A DNA stretch of 64,000 nt from Parcubacteria group bacterium. GTDB taxonomy: Bacteria > Patescibacteriota > Minisyncoccia > Moranbacterales > GCA-2747515. The notes under the pieces were generated by a model that ran no database searches, had not been told where the DNA came from, and saw only the letters and a list, made by a program, of their open reading frames with translations. Where the stretch lies: the NCBI GenBank assembly GCA_041660065.1, contig JBAZXC010000001.1:72535-136534 (forward strand), written 5' to 3'. Below, piece by piece: positions 49,296 to 57,971 of this stretch. Both the position numbers and the translations under genes were made by a program. The first letter of the stretch is position 1, and the number at the start of each line of letters is the position of its first letter.

Positions 49296-50144
49296 TTATT
49301 TTACGACAGGATAGTTGTATTTTTCCCATGCGTCAAAACCACCTTTTATTGTTTTTGTGTTAATGAAATTGAGATCATAGAGGAGGGCACCTGCTTCAAA
49401 GCTGAGGGTGTCATTTGCGCCATAAACAAATATTTTATAGCCACTTGGCAGTGTATCATAGTGATATTCTAATTCAGAGAAGGGAATATTAATTGATCCT
49501 GCAATGTGACCTGTCGCAAAATTACCGGGACGTCGCGTATCAAGGATGACGGTCTTTTTCATCTCTTCCAGATTTTTAATGATCATGAAAACATCACGTG
49601 GTTCTACAAACTGCACTTTGCTTGTGTTTGCAAATGTTTGTTCCGTTGTTGGTGCAATGAGGGAATAACCGTTATTTGTCCATTGCGCAATGCCACCAGA
49701 GAGATTAAAAACCGTATTATTGGTCGGGGTGATGTCCTTATAGTAGGAGATGATCGTAGACTCGTCACCGGTAGCTGTGACGAGTATGATCGTGTCATGC
49801 AATTGCGTTGACGCAATATCGTTAATGGGATAGCTGCCCGCAATATGACCGGCATCGAATAATGATCTGTCGCGCATGTCAATGATCATCATATGTGCAC
49901 GATCTGTAAGGATTTTTGTGGAAAGTTCCTTTGCATCGATCTGTGGAATAACGGTTTTGACAGCGGGGGTTTCATCAGCATTGCTTATTTCTGTGTCAGA
50001 AGATTTTGTGCTAGTCTCGATCATTGTGTCATCTTTTGCATCTTTTTCATTTTTGATGGTAGTATAGCGTGTCATTGTCCACACCAAAAGACCTACAATG
50101 ATAATTGCAAGTGCAACGATAATGTTTTTATCAGTCTTTTTCAT
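49296..50144 (-). CDS. tandem rhodanese-domain sulfurtransferase, membrane-anchored
   Basis: N-terminal TM anchor; two rhodanese-like modules with conserved GH/CxxG-type loops. Confidence 0.65.
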   Translation of the reverse strand: MKKTDKNIIVALAIIIVGLLVWTMTRYTTIKNEKDAKDDTMIETSTKSSDTEISNADETPAVKTVIPQIDAKELSTKILTDRAHMMIIDMRDRSLFDAGHIAGSYPINDIASTQLHDTIILVTATGDESTIISYYKDITPTNNTVFNLSGGIAQWTNNGYSLIAPTTEQTFANTSKVQFVEPRDVFMIIKNLEEMKKTVILDTRRPGNFATGHIAGSINIPFSELEYHYDTLPSGYKIFVYGANDTLSFEAGALLYDLNFINTKTIKGGFDAWEKYNYPVVK

Positions 50145-50162
50145 GATATTTCTCGCATAATT

Positions 50163-51410
50163 TTAGTGAAGGACAGCACCTTCGAAATCTTTGTATCCGT
50201 TCAAAAAATCATATACTGGCATGACAGCTTTGCATTCCGGCTGGATTGATTCGAGGATGATCGCAGTGTCAAAGGTTTTTATACATAGTTGGTCACGCGC
50301 AATAAATACTGTCCCTGGGAGAAGATCTTTTTGTTCATCTGATAATTCGCCCGTAAAGGGATAAATGCCACGAAGCTTGATGCGGATGATGTGGCTTTCT
50401 CGAACCTCCCAATATCCAAAAATGCCAGGCCACGGATACAATGCGCGATAGCGATTGTAGATCTCTTCCGTTGTATCAGTCCATTGGATATGGCCGTCTT
50501 CACGGTCGATCATTTGACAGAGTGTTGCTTGCGCAGAATCCTGCTCCGTCGGTGTGATGGAGTGATCTAAGATTTTTGGGCATGTTTCGATGAACAACTT
50601 TGCGCCAACGCGAGAGAGTTTTTGCGTAAGTTCATCTGCTTTTTCATGATCCTCAATCGTCACTTTCTCTTGTGCAAAAATAGCACCGGTATCCATACCA
50701 GTATCCATGCGCATAATGGTTACACCAGTCTCTTTGTATCCAAGGAGAAGAGCATTTTGAATTGGGGATGATCCGCGTAGTTTTGGAAGAAGTGATGTGT
50801 GAATGTTTATGGCGCCAATTTTAGGAATTTTAAGGACTTCTTGCGGTAATATTTTGCCATAAGAAGCAACGACGATCGCATCTGGTGCGATGCTCTTTAT
50901 TTTATCAATAGTTTCTGCATCAAACTTATATGGTTGGATGAGAGGGATATTGTTCTGCATGGCGACATCTCGAACAGGATTTAAGGCAAGTGCACGATTG
51001 ATCCCGGTTTTTTTTCTGCCAAGTTTTTTTTCTGGCTGTGTTATGACTGCTGCGAGATTGCATTTGGCATGTGCAAGCATTTCATTGAGAATGTGCGATG
51101 CAAACTCTCCTGTACCCATAAAAATCGTTTTGATCGTGCCGGTATGCTTTTTGGGAAAAGGTTTCTTTTCTTGTGTTGGCAAAGGGGCTTCTGCCGGCGA
51201 GGGCGATTGCGTCAGCGGTGTTTCGGCAGGTGTAGAAGTCTCTGCATTTTGCAGTTGCGTCTCATCTGAATCTTTCAAAAGAGAGACCGGGTTTTCCTGG
51301 AGGTTTTCTGTTGAGATGTCTTCGTGCACAGACACAGGCGACTCGTGTGTGTCGGCATCAATAGTGATGTTTTTTGGTTTAACCTTTTTGATGTCTTCTA
51401 ATATGCTCAT
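50163..51410 (-). CDS. fmt: methionyl-tRNA formyltransferase with ~95-aa low-complexity N-terminal extension
   Basis: Fmt N-domain (IFMGTGEFA ... HTSLLPKLRGSSPIQ) and C-terminal domain; Pro/Thr/Glu-rich leader. Confidence 0.8.
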   Translation of the reverse strand: MSILEDIKKVKPKNITIDADTHESPVSVHEDISTENLQENPVSLLKDSDETQLQNAETSTPAETPLTQSPSPAEAPLPTQEKKPFPKKHTGTIKTIFMGTGEFASHILNEMLAHAKCNLAAVITQPEKKLGRKKTGINRALALNPVRDVAMQNNIPLIQPYKFDAETIDKIKSIAPDAIVVASYGKILPQEVLKIPKIGAINIHTSLLPKLRGSSPIQNALLLGYKETGVTIMRMDTGMDTGAIFAQEKVTIEDHEKADELTQKLSRVGAKLFIETCPKILDHSITPTEQDSAQATLCQMIDREDGHIQWTDTTEEIYNRYRALYPWPGIFGYWEVRESHIIRIKLRGIYPFTGELSDEQKDLLPGTVFIARDQLCIKTFDTAIILESIQPECKAVMPVYDFLNGYKDFEGAVLH

Positions 51411-51424
51411 ATGGATTTTTATGA

Positions 51425-52003
51425 CTATGAAATATTTATTTCTTCACGAATGGCCTTCTGTTGAGCATAACGATCGGTGATCAATATACCATTTAAATGG
51501 TCGATCTCATGCTGGCAAACAACGGCGAGAAGGGCGCTGGCCTTTAGTTTATTTTTCATCCCGTTTGCATCAATGTACTGTACAGTGATTTTTTGATGGC
51601 GGATGATCGGTAATTCTTGATCGGGCACACTGAGACAGCCCTCCGTAAAGATGATCATTTCCGGCGATCGTGTGATGATCTTTGGATTGATCAGCGTGAA
51701 CTGCTGGCCGTCGAGATCGATCACAGCGATTTGTTTTGACACATTGATCTGTGGTGCCGCGAGTCCGACGCCGTTCTCAAGTTTCATGATCTCATACATG
51801 CGCGTGATAAGACCTTGCATTTCAGCACTTCCGATGTCTGACGCGGACGCTGCCTTTTTGCCCAAAACAGGATCACCAATCTCTATAATATTGCCACTGT
51901 GGGCATTTTTCTGATGGTATAACATACCTGTATTATGACGTATTTTTTGACTGTAGTCAAAAAGAATTGCGGCTACGAATTTTTGACATTTGGGGTGTGT
52001 CAT
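51425..52003 (-). CDS. def: peptide deformylase
   Basis: Motifs GVGLAAPQ, EGCLS, HEIDHLNG. Confidence 0.85.
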   Translation of the reverse strand: MTHPKCQKFVAAILFDYSQKIRHNTGMLYHQKNAHSGNIIEIGDPVLGKKAASASDIGSAEMQGLITRMYEIMKLENGVGLAAPQINVSKQIAVIDLDGQQFTLINPKIITRSPEMIIFTEGCLSVPDQELPIIRHQKITVQYIDANGMKNKLKASALLAVVCQHEIDHLNGILITDRYAQQKAIREEINIS

Positions 52004-52110
52004 GCGATGATGGTCTATTCAGTCCAATGGGGGACTGAGAACGTGTTTTTTTACATCATACACAAAGAAAAGGGAGGTGATGAGTATGCGATGCCTTTCG
52101 CGAGGCATAT

Positions 52111-52794
52111 ATGCTGTGCCCCACAGACACATGGATCAAGGGATTGGCTTGTGCGGTGGCAGTGCGGCATCCGGTATTTTTCCCCGAAGTGAATTTTGGC
52201 GGGGATAATAAAATGGAACAGCTGATCGAAAAAGTCGATCTGGCAACGCTTGACGGTGTGATCAAAGATGAAAACCCGGATCTGTGGCGCAGACATCGAT
52301 TTGTCGCGGTGAAATTTATCGTCAATCGCGCAGTGACACATGAGCTCGTCCGGCACCGCCCGTGTTCGTTCTTGCAGGAAAGCCAGCGGTACTGTAATTA
52401 TGGTCTGGACCGTTTTGATAAGCGGGTGACATTCATCAAGCCGTTATTTTTCCCCGAGGATTCAGAGGAATATCAGGATTGGCTGGAGGCTGTAGAATTC
52501 ACAGCAAAAAAATATTTTAAGCTTCTCAAAACGTCAACACCGCAGGCGGCACGTACCGTATTCGCAAACAGTTGCAAGACGGAGATCATCGTTTTTACCA
52601 ACATCGAACAATGGAATCACATCCTGCATCTTCGCACAAGTTCCGCAGCAGAGCCGTCCATGCGCGAGGTTATGATCCCATTGCAAAAGGCAATGCAGGA
52701 GATGTTCCCGCGAGACTCATTTGATAAGCGGATTCCCGAGGCATATGCTCAGTTTCCATGGGAGTGGGATGCATTTTGTCTGGAATATCCGTGA
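52111..52794 (+). CDS. thyX: flavin-dependent thymidylate synthase ThyX-like (N-terminally short)
   Basis: ThyX signature RHR-X7-S (VRHRPCSFLQESQRY) and downstream LHLR...E motif; start may be the internal MEQL (52213). Confidence 0.55.
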   Translation: MLCPTDTWIKGLACAVAVRHPVFFPEVNFGGDNKMEQLIEKVDLATLDGVIKDENPDLWRRHRFVAVKFIVNRAVTHELVRHRPCSFLQESQRYCNYGLDRFDKRVTFIKPLFFPEDSEEYQDWLEAVEFTAKKYFKLLKTSTPQAARTVFANSCKTEIIVFTNIEQWNHILHLRTSSAAEPSMREVMIPLQKAMQEMFPRDSFDKRIPEAYAQFPWEWDAFCLEYP

Positions 52795-52820
52795 CGCGCT
52801 GTTTTTGTGAGATGTATTAT

Positions 52821-52860
52821 ACCGCCTATGGGAGAATTCCTGTAGGCGGTCTATTTTTTG
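52821..52860 (+). terminator. terminator-like hairpin
   Basis: ACCGCCTATGGG ... CCTGTAGGCGGT + T6. Confidence 0.45.
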
Positions 52861-52913
52861 AGTTATTATATAAATAATGGTACGATAGCTTTGATAAAAG
52901 ATGTATCAAAAAT

Positions 52914-53398
52914 ATGTTAAAAATTGCGTGTAAAAATAATTTTGACAAAATAGTTGATGTGCCAGCGGATAAATTCGTCTTTCGTCCCAGTGCGTACGGT
53001 GTGATCGTTCAAGATGATCGTGTGCTTATGTTGCGCAATAGAAGTAATGGAAAATTGTGGTTTCCTGGTGGCGGTGTGGATATTGGTGAAAAGATCGATA
53101 ATGGATTGTACAGAGAAATGCAAGATGAGACGGGGTTGCAGGTCGAGATCAATAATATGGTTCTTTTTAAAGAGAATTTTTTTACTATCAACCATTAGAT
53201 GAGGCATATCATGCGTTCCTATTCTTTTTTGCATGTACTGTGACGGGTGGCACATTGCATCATGATGAGCTTGTAGATGATCGAGAGTCCACAAAACCTC
53301 GATGGATTGATCGCACAACGCTTAAAAAAGAGGATATAAGCGATTTACAAGATGATCTGTACCATCTCATTACTCATTTTGAGGAATATATTTTTTAA
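52914..53398 (+). pseudogene. NUDIX hydrolase with frameshift (N-part 52914..53198, C-part frame 2 from ~53201..53398)
   Basis: N-part carries the Nudix box (GGGVDIGEKIDNGLYREMQDETGL) and stops at TAG 53196; the NUDIX C-terminal segment (EAYHAFLFFFACTVTGG...) continues in another frame. Shift is at or just after a T7 homopolymer (53177-53183). Confidence 0.5.
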
Positions 53399-53590
53399 AT
53401 AGTCCAGTCGTATTTTGTCAGATTGTTAGTTGATCTCACTAAAATCCTGCGTCTTGTCAGGTCGCAATTACTGAGAGAAGTTGTCTACAGGTCTACCTAT
53501 CTAATTATCTAATAATCCAGTTATTTTTTTCTTTGAATATTATAAAAAAAGTGGTAGAATGGTGGGGTTAAATCCTTACTTTTTGATCCT

Positions 53591-53920
53591 ATGAATTTCA
53601 GTGAATATCAAAGTGAATCACGCAAAACAGCGCTGTATCCTGATGTGGGGAAGAATTTCGTCTATCCGACGCTTGGGTTGGCGGGTGAGGCGGGGGAAGT
53701 GGCGGACAAGCTCAAAAAGACGATCCGTGATGATGGCGGTGTTTTGACAGCAGAAAAAAAACAGGAAGTAGGCAAGGAATTGGGCGATGTGCTTTGGTAC
53801 GTGGCACAGGTTGCGTCGGAGCTTGGACTGTCGCTTGATGAAGTCGCACAGGCAAATTTGGAGAAATTATTTAGTCGTAAAGAGCGCGGGACATTGACCG
53901 GGAGCGGAGACAATCGATAG
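53591..53920 (+). CDS. MazG-like nucleotide pyrophosphohydrolase
   Basis: AGEAGEVAD ... ELGDVLWY motifs. Confidence 0.7.
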   Translation: MNFSEYQSESRKTALYPDVGKNFVYPTLGLAGEAGEVADKLKKTIRDDGGVLTAEKKQEVGKELGDVLWYVAQVASELGLSLDEVAQANLEKLFSRKERGTLTGSGDNR

Positions 53921-53966
53921 AAAGAAGAGGTATATGTCATTGGAAATAGGATAAGAAATACGATGT

Positions 53967-54365
53967 ATGTCAGAAGATTATCACAAAAGCATTTATAGTT
54001 ATACGGATTTGGATGTTTATAAGAGAGCATATAAATTGTCTATTATTGTATGTACAAAGTTGATCATCAAGTTGCCAAAAGAAGAGCAATTCGTTCTTGT
54101 GGATCAGTTGCGAAGATCGTTCAAAGCAATACCGCGTTTGATTGCAGAGGGATTTGGTAAAAAACATCAGAAAAAAGGTTTTCAAAAATATTTAGATGAT
54201 GCAATTGCTGAAAATAATGAAACGATTGTGAGCCTTTCACATGTACGAGATATTTACCATAAGTGTGTAAATAAATCATCAATAGAAAAAATGATCAGTG
54301 AATATGAGATTGTGGGCAAACAACTGTTTAGATTAAAACAAAGTTGGAACAAATTTTCTCAATGA
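53967..54365 (+). CDS. four-helix-bundle protein (23S rRNA intervening-sequence protein family)
   Basis: DLDVYKRAYKL ... LPKEEQFVLVDQLRRSFKAIPRLIAEGFGKKH matches the family signature. Confidence 0.7.
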   Translation: MSEDYHKSIYSYTDLDVYKRAYKLSIIVCTKLIIKLPKEEQFVLVDQLRRSFKAIPRLIAEGFGKKHQKKGFQKYLDDAIAENNETIVSLSHVRDIYHKCVNKSSIEKMISEYEIVGKQLFRLKQSWNKFSQ

Positions 54366-54422
54366 ACCAAAAAACAAATATCCGATGACTATTCCTAATG
54401 CTAATAACTTAACCTTATAACT

Positions 54423-55898
54423 ATGTCAAAAAAGTATAACGTGACAATCGGTATGGAGATCCATGTGGAGCTCAAGACAGAGTCAAAGATGTTTTCCGGT
54501 GCGCCAAATCATTTGGGTATGGAGAAGACGCCAAACATGTCGATCGATCCCGTGACGATGGCGCTGCCGGGCAGTTTGCCGGTGCCAAACAGGAAGGCGA
54601 TCGAATTTGTCCAAAAAGCGGGACTCGCATTGGACTGTGAGATCGCGCGCAAAAGCAAATTTGATCGCAAAAATTATTTTTATCCCGATCTGCCAAAGGG
54701 GTATCAGATCTCGCAATACGATATGCCTCTGTGTGAGCATGGCAAGGTGATGATCGGCGATAAAGAGGTTGGCATTACGCGTATCCACATGGAAGAGGAC
54801 ACAGGGAAATCCACGCATCCGGCCGGTGCGTCATATTCCCTTGTGGATCTCAATCGTGCGGGTGTGCCTCTTATGGAACTCGTGACCGAGCCGGATATCA
54901 CCAGCGGAGCGCAGGCGAGAATGTTTTGTCAGAAGTTACAGCAGATCTTTCGCTATATCGATATCGCCGATGCGGATATGGAAAAAGGACAGATGCGCTG
55001 TGAGGTGAACATTTCTCTTTATAAAGAAGGTGCCGATCGTCTTAGTGGACAGAAGGTGGAGGTAAAAAATCTCAGTTCATTTCGTGTTGTAGAAAGAGCG
55101 ATCGATTATGAGATCGAACGGCAAGCCAAGGCGTTGGATGGTGGCGAAGTGATCGTGCAAGAGACGCGCGGATGGGATGATGCAAAAGGTAAGACTGTAT
55201 CACAACGCAAAAAAGAAAATGCGCATGATTATCGCTATTTCCCGGAGCCGGATATTCCGCCGATGACATTTACCGACGAGTACGTGGAGCAATTGCGTCG
55301 TACTTTGCCGGAGTTGCCGCGACAAAAGGAAGAGCGTTTTATCAAAGAATACGGTCTGAGTGTGCAAAACTGCTCTGTAATCACGGCGGATATCGCGATG
55401 GCAAATTACTTTGAGCATGTTGTCAGTGAGATCATGGAAAAAAAGGCGTCCGGTGAAATGCGATCCGAACCCGAAAAGGCCATAAAACTTGCCGCAAACT
55501 ATTTGGTCAGCGAAGTGCAAAAACATCTCGTCAAAGAAGGACAGAGCATTGATGATATAAAAATTTCCGCGGAGAATTTTGCCGAACTCATGGCAATCGT
55601 TGCAGATGGCACGATCAATTCGTCGGCGGCACAGATCGTTTTGGAAGAAATGTTTTATGGTAAGGACGATGACCCAAGTCATATTATCGAAGCAAAAAAT
55701 CTCTCACAGGTGTCAGACACGGGTGCATTGGAACAGCATGTCGATGACGTTCTTGCGCAGAATGCACAGTCTGTGGAGGATTACAAAGCCGGCAAAGAAA
55801 ATGCGATCAAGTACCTTATGGGACAAGTAATGAAAGTTTCCGGCGGAAAAGCCAATCCACAAATGGTGATGGAGATCTTGAAAGAAAAGTTGAAATAA
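54423..55898 (+). CDS. gatB: Asp/Glu-tRNA amidotransferase subunit B
   Basis: GatB N-terminal (IGMEIHVEL) and C-terminal GatB/YqeY domain. Confidence 0.9.
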   Translation: MSKKYNVTIGMEIHVELKTESKMFSGAPNHLGMEKTPNMSIDPVTMALPGSLPVPNRKAIEFVQKAGLALDCEIARKSKFDRKNYFYPDLPKGYQISQYDMPLCEHGKVMIGDKEVGITRIHMEEDTGKSTHPAGASYSLVDLNRAGVPLMELVTEPDITSGAQARMFCQKLQQIFRYIDIADADMEKGQMRCEVNISLYKEGADRLSGQKVEVKNLSSFRVVERAIDYEIERQAKALDGGEVIVQETRGWDDAKGKTVSQRKKENAHDYRYFPEPDIPPMTFTDEYVEQLRRTLPELPRQKEERFIKEYGLSVQNCSVITADIAMANYFEHVVSEIMEKKASGEMRSEPEKAIKLAANYLVSEVQKHLVKEGQSIDDIKISAENFAELMAIVADGTINSSAAQIVLEEMFYGKDDDPSHIIEAKNLSQVSDTGALEQHVDDVLAQNAQSVEDYKAGKENAIKYLMGQVMKVSGGKANPQMVMEILKEKLK

Positions 55899-55972
55899 TC
55901 ACTGTTGCGGTGTAATGCTCGTTGTCATTCCCGCGCAGCCTGCCTGCCGGTAGGCAGGGCGGGAATCCAGAT
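55875..55972. repeat. direct repeat left copy (last 8 gatB codons + spacer + nested REP)
   Basis: ~85% identical to 56306..56415, which encodes ILKEKLR* in place of gatB ILKEKLK*. Confidence 0.65.
55921..55972. repeat. REP-like palindromic element copy 2 with nested inner palindrome
   Basis: GTTGTCATTCCCGCGCAG-CCTGCCTGCCGGTAGGCAGG-GCGGGAATCCAGAT. Confidence 0.6.
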
Positions 55973-55978
55973 TTGTCT

Positions 55979-56263
55979 ATGAAAAACTATTTTGTTTATA
56001 TATTGGCAAGCAAAAGAAATGGCACTCTTTATATTGGTATAACGAGCAATTTGCAAAGACGCATATATGAGCATAAAACAAAACAGATTAAAGGATTCAC
56101 AGAAAGATATGGCGTAGATCATCTTGTATATTTTGAGCAGACGACGGATGTGTACAGTGCTCTAACAAGGGAAAAACAATTAAAAAAGTATAACAGACTA
56201 TGGAAATTGCGATTGATTGAAGAACAGAATCCGCAGTGGCAGGATCTTTCAGAAGATTTGTAA
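55979..56263 (+). CDS. GIY-YIG nuclease family protein (UPF0213/YhbQ-like, ~94 aa)
   Basis: YFVYILASKRNGTLYIGITSNLQRRIYEHK = GIY-YIG core with Arg and Glu. Start set at MKNYF; the ORF-track start 55922 lies inside the repeat. Confidence 0.7.
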   Translation: MKNYFVYILASKRNGTLYIGITSNLQRRIYEHKTKQIKGFTERYGVDHLVYFEQTTDVYSALTREKQLKKYNRLWKLRLIEEQNPQWQDLSEDL

Positions 56264-56266
56264 TAT

Positions 56267-56297
56267 TCTAGATTCCCGCCTTCGCGGGAATGACAAC
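56267..56297. repeat. REP-like palindromic element copy 3 (inverted relative to copy 2)
   Basis: TCTAGATTCCCGCCTTCGCGGGAATGACAAC; its reverse complement matches the ends of copy 2 (GTTGTCATTCCCG...CGGGAATCYAGA). Confidence 0.6.
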
Positions 56298-56305
56298 ATA
56301 TAATA

Positions 56306-56415
56306 ATCTTGAAAGAAAAGTTGAGATAATTATGTTGTGATATTGGGAATGGGCATTGTCATTCCTGTGCAACCTGCCTGCCGGTAGGCAGGGTAGGCAG
56401 GGCAGGAATCCAGAT
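56306..56415. repeat. direct repeat right copy (gatB-tail-like fragment + nested REP copy 4)
   Basis: ATCTTGAAAGAAAAGTTGAGATAA ... ATTGTCATTCCTGTGCAACCTGCCTGCCGGTAGGCAGGGTAGGCAGGGCAGGAATCCAGAT. Confidence 0.6.
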
Positions 56416-56418
56416 CTA

Positions 56419-56994
56419 TTAGATCAACACATTGATGTGGAAGAAATAGTAGATCGTGCCAATCACTTCATGGATGAAAAATTGGGGCTCTTTGAAGTAG
56501 CGACCGTGATAGTAGTTTGCACGGTGGAGAGAAAAATCTGTAATGCCATGTTGTCTCGCAAGGACGGCGATGCGTCCGAGATGAAAGTCATTGGAAACAA
56601 AGACAAAACTTTTATTTTTGGGGAGATTTTTGATCGTGGCGTGCGTGTTGAGTCCGTTGTAATCCTCGATGATGTCTTCGGTGGCAACGTTGTTTTTTTG
56701 CGCCAAGTCTAGCATGACGTCTACTTCGTGTGCGCCATACGTACTGGGACCGCCGGAAAGAACAAGGCAGGACACAGTATTATTCTTATATAATCCAATG
56801 CCGGTCATTGTGCGGTCATAGAGTGCATGTGATGGGATGGCATCACGCCACACGGCAGCACCAAACACCACAGCGCAATCTTTTGGCTCTGTGGATGCAT
56901 GGAAATAATTTGCAATTGTGTAAAATGCGCTTGCAAAGATGACTGTAAATATTATAGCAATCAGCGCAATGCAGATCTTGATGAATTTTTTCAT
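56419..56994 (-). CDS. DUF218/YdcF (SanA/ElyC-like) membrane-anchored protein
   Basis: N-terminal TM anchor; DUF218 motifs (VVFGAAVW ... LVLSGG). Confidence 0.65.
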   Translation of the reverse strand: MKKFIKICIALIAIIFTVIFASAFYTIANYFHASTEPKDCAVVFGAAVWRDAIPSHALYDRTMTGIGLYKNNTVSCLVLSGGPSTYGAHEVDVMLDLAQKNNVATEDIIEDYNGLNTHATIKNLPKNKSFVFVSNDFHLGRIAVLARQHGITDFSLHRANYYHGRYFKEPQFFIHEVIGTIYYFFHINVLI

Positions 56995-56997
56995 GAG

Positions 56998-57948
56998 TTA
57001 TGGTGTGTATAAAAATTTCTTTGCAAATGTATGTGCTTCTTTCTCTTTTGTAATACGCCTGATCGGTGCATTTTGTTTCTCCCAGCGGCGGATCCAGGTC
57101 TCTTGTCTTTTGGCATAGTGTTTGAGGTCGCGGATCGTATTGTCGCGCATGAGATCAAATGAGACTTGTCCTCGCACATAGCGTGTACACCACTTGTACT
57201 CCAGTCCAAAGCTTTCCAAACGTGACCAAGGCACATGAAGGGTATGATGTGCATGGATGATCTCGTCAAAAATGCCGGTATCAAACCATGTGTCCATGCG
57301 TTTTTCAATGCGCGCGTTTAGTATATCACGCGGATGCATGATTGCGAGGATGAGGTCGCTCTGCGGATCGATCGGTATGCGCTTTTCTTGCGGTACGCTT
57401 CCAAGTGCTGTGGCGATTTCGATCGCGCGGATGAGTCGGACAGGATTATTGGGATCGATCTTTTGCGCATAGATGGGATCCAGTGATCGCAGTGTGGCGA
57501 GTAATTGTGTGCATGTTGATTTTTGCAACGATGTGCGTAAAGGAGGATTTGGCAGTACGGAGGGGAATACCGCATTTTCAATGAGTGCTTGTGCCCAAAA
57601 CAGTGTGCCACCGCAGATGATCGGCAATTTTTTCCTTTGCTGGATGTCTTTTTGAATGCGCATGGCTTTGCGAACAAATTTTCCTGCGTTGTATGGGGTG
57701 TTGGGATGGACAATATCGATCATGTGATGACGAATGCCATTGGAAAGATAGACGGATTTCTTGCAACCGGAAAAATCCGTATACAACGTAAGATGTCCGG
57801 GTTCTTTGCCGGTGCCAATTGTAAGGTTGCGGTGGATTTGGCGCGAGTCTGCACTGATGATCTCACCGGAAAATTGCTTCGCCAGAGCAATGGCGATAGC
57901 TGATTTGCCTGAGGCAGTCGGTCCGATGATGGTGATACGCTTCGGCAT
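56998..57948 (-). CDS. miaA: tRNA dimethylallyltransferase
   Basis: P-loop GPTASGKS and MiaA-conserved regions. Confidence 0.85.
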   Translation of the reverse strand: MPKRITIIGPTASGKSAIAIALAKQFSGEIISADSRQIHRNLTIGTGKEPGHLTLYTDFSGCKKSVYLSNGIRHHMIDIVHPNTPYNAGKFVRKAMRIQKDIQQRKKLPIICGGTLFWAQALIENAVFPSVLPNPPLRTSLQKSTCTQLLATLRSLDPIYAQKIDPNNPVRLIRAIEIATALGSVPQEKRIPIDPQSDLILAIMHPRDILNARIEKRMDTWFDTGIFDEIIHAHHTLHVPWSRLESFGLEYKWCTRYVRGQVSFDLMRDNTIRDLKHYAKRQETWIRRWEKQNAPIRRITKEKEAHTFAKKFLYTP

Positions 57949-57971
57949 ATGGTTTTTTGTGCATATGACAA

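Larger units (their letters stand above)
55875..56415 (+). mobile_element. candidate minimal mobile/duplicated unit: DR - REP - GIY-YIG - inverted REP - DR
   Basis: GIY-YIG gene bracketed by inverted REP copies and by a ~110-bp direct duplication that includes a gatB 3' fragment. Confidence 0.35.

Noticed and set aside
56356-56712. Plus-strand 118-aa ORF (MSFLCNLPAGRQGRQGR...) and the N-terminal 19 codons of the 55922 ORF
   Set aside because: Both start inside the palindromic repeat; their N-termini are simply the repeat translated. The 56356 ORF is overlapped by a well-supported minus-strand DUF218 gene. The real GIY-YIG start is the internal ATG at 55979.
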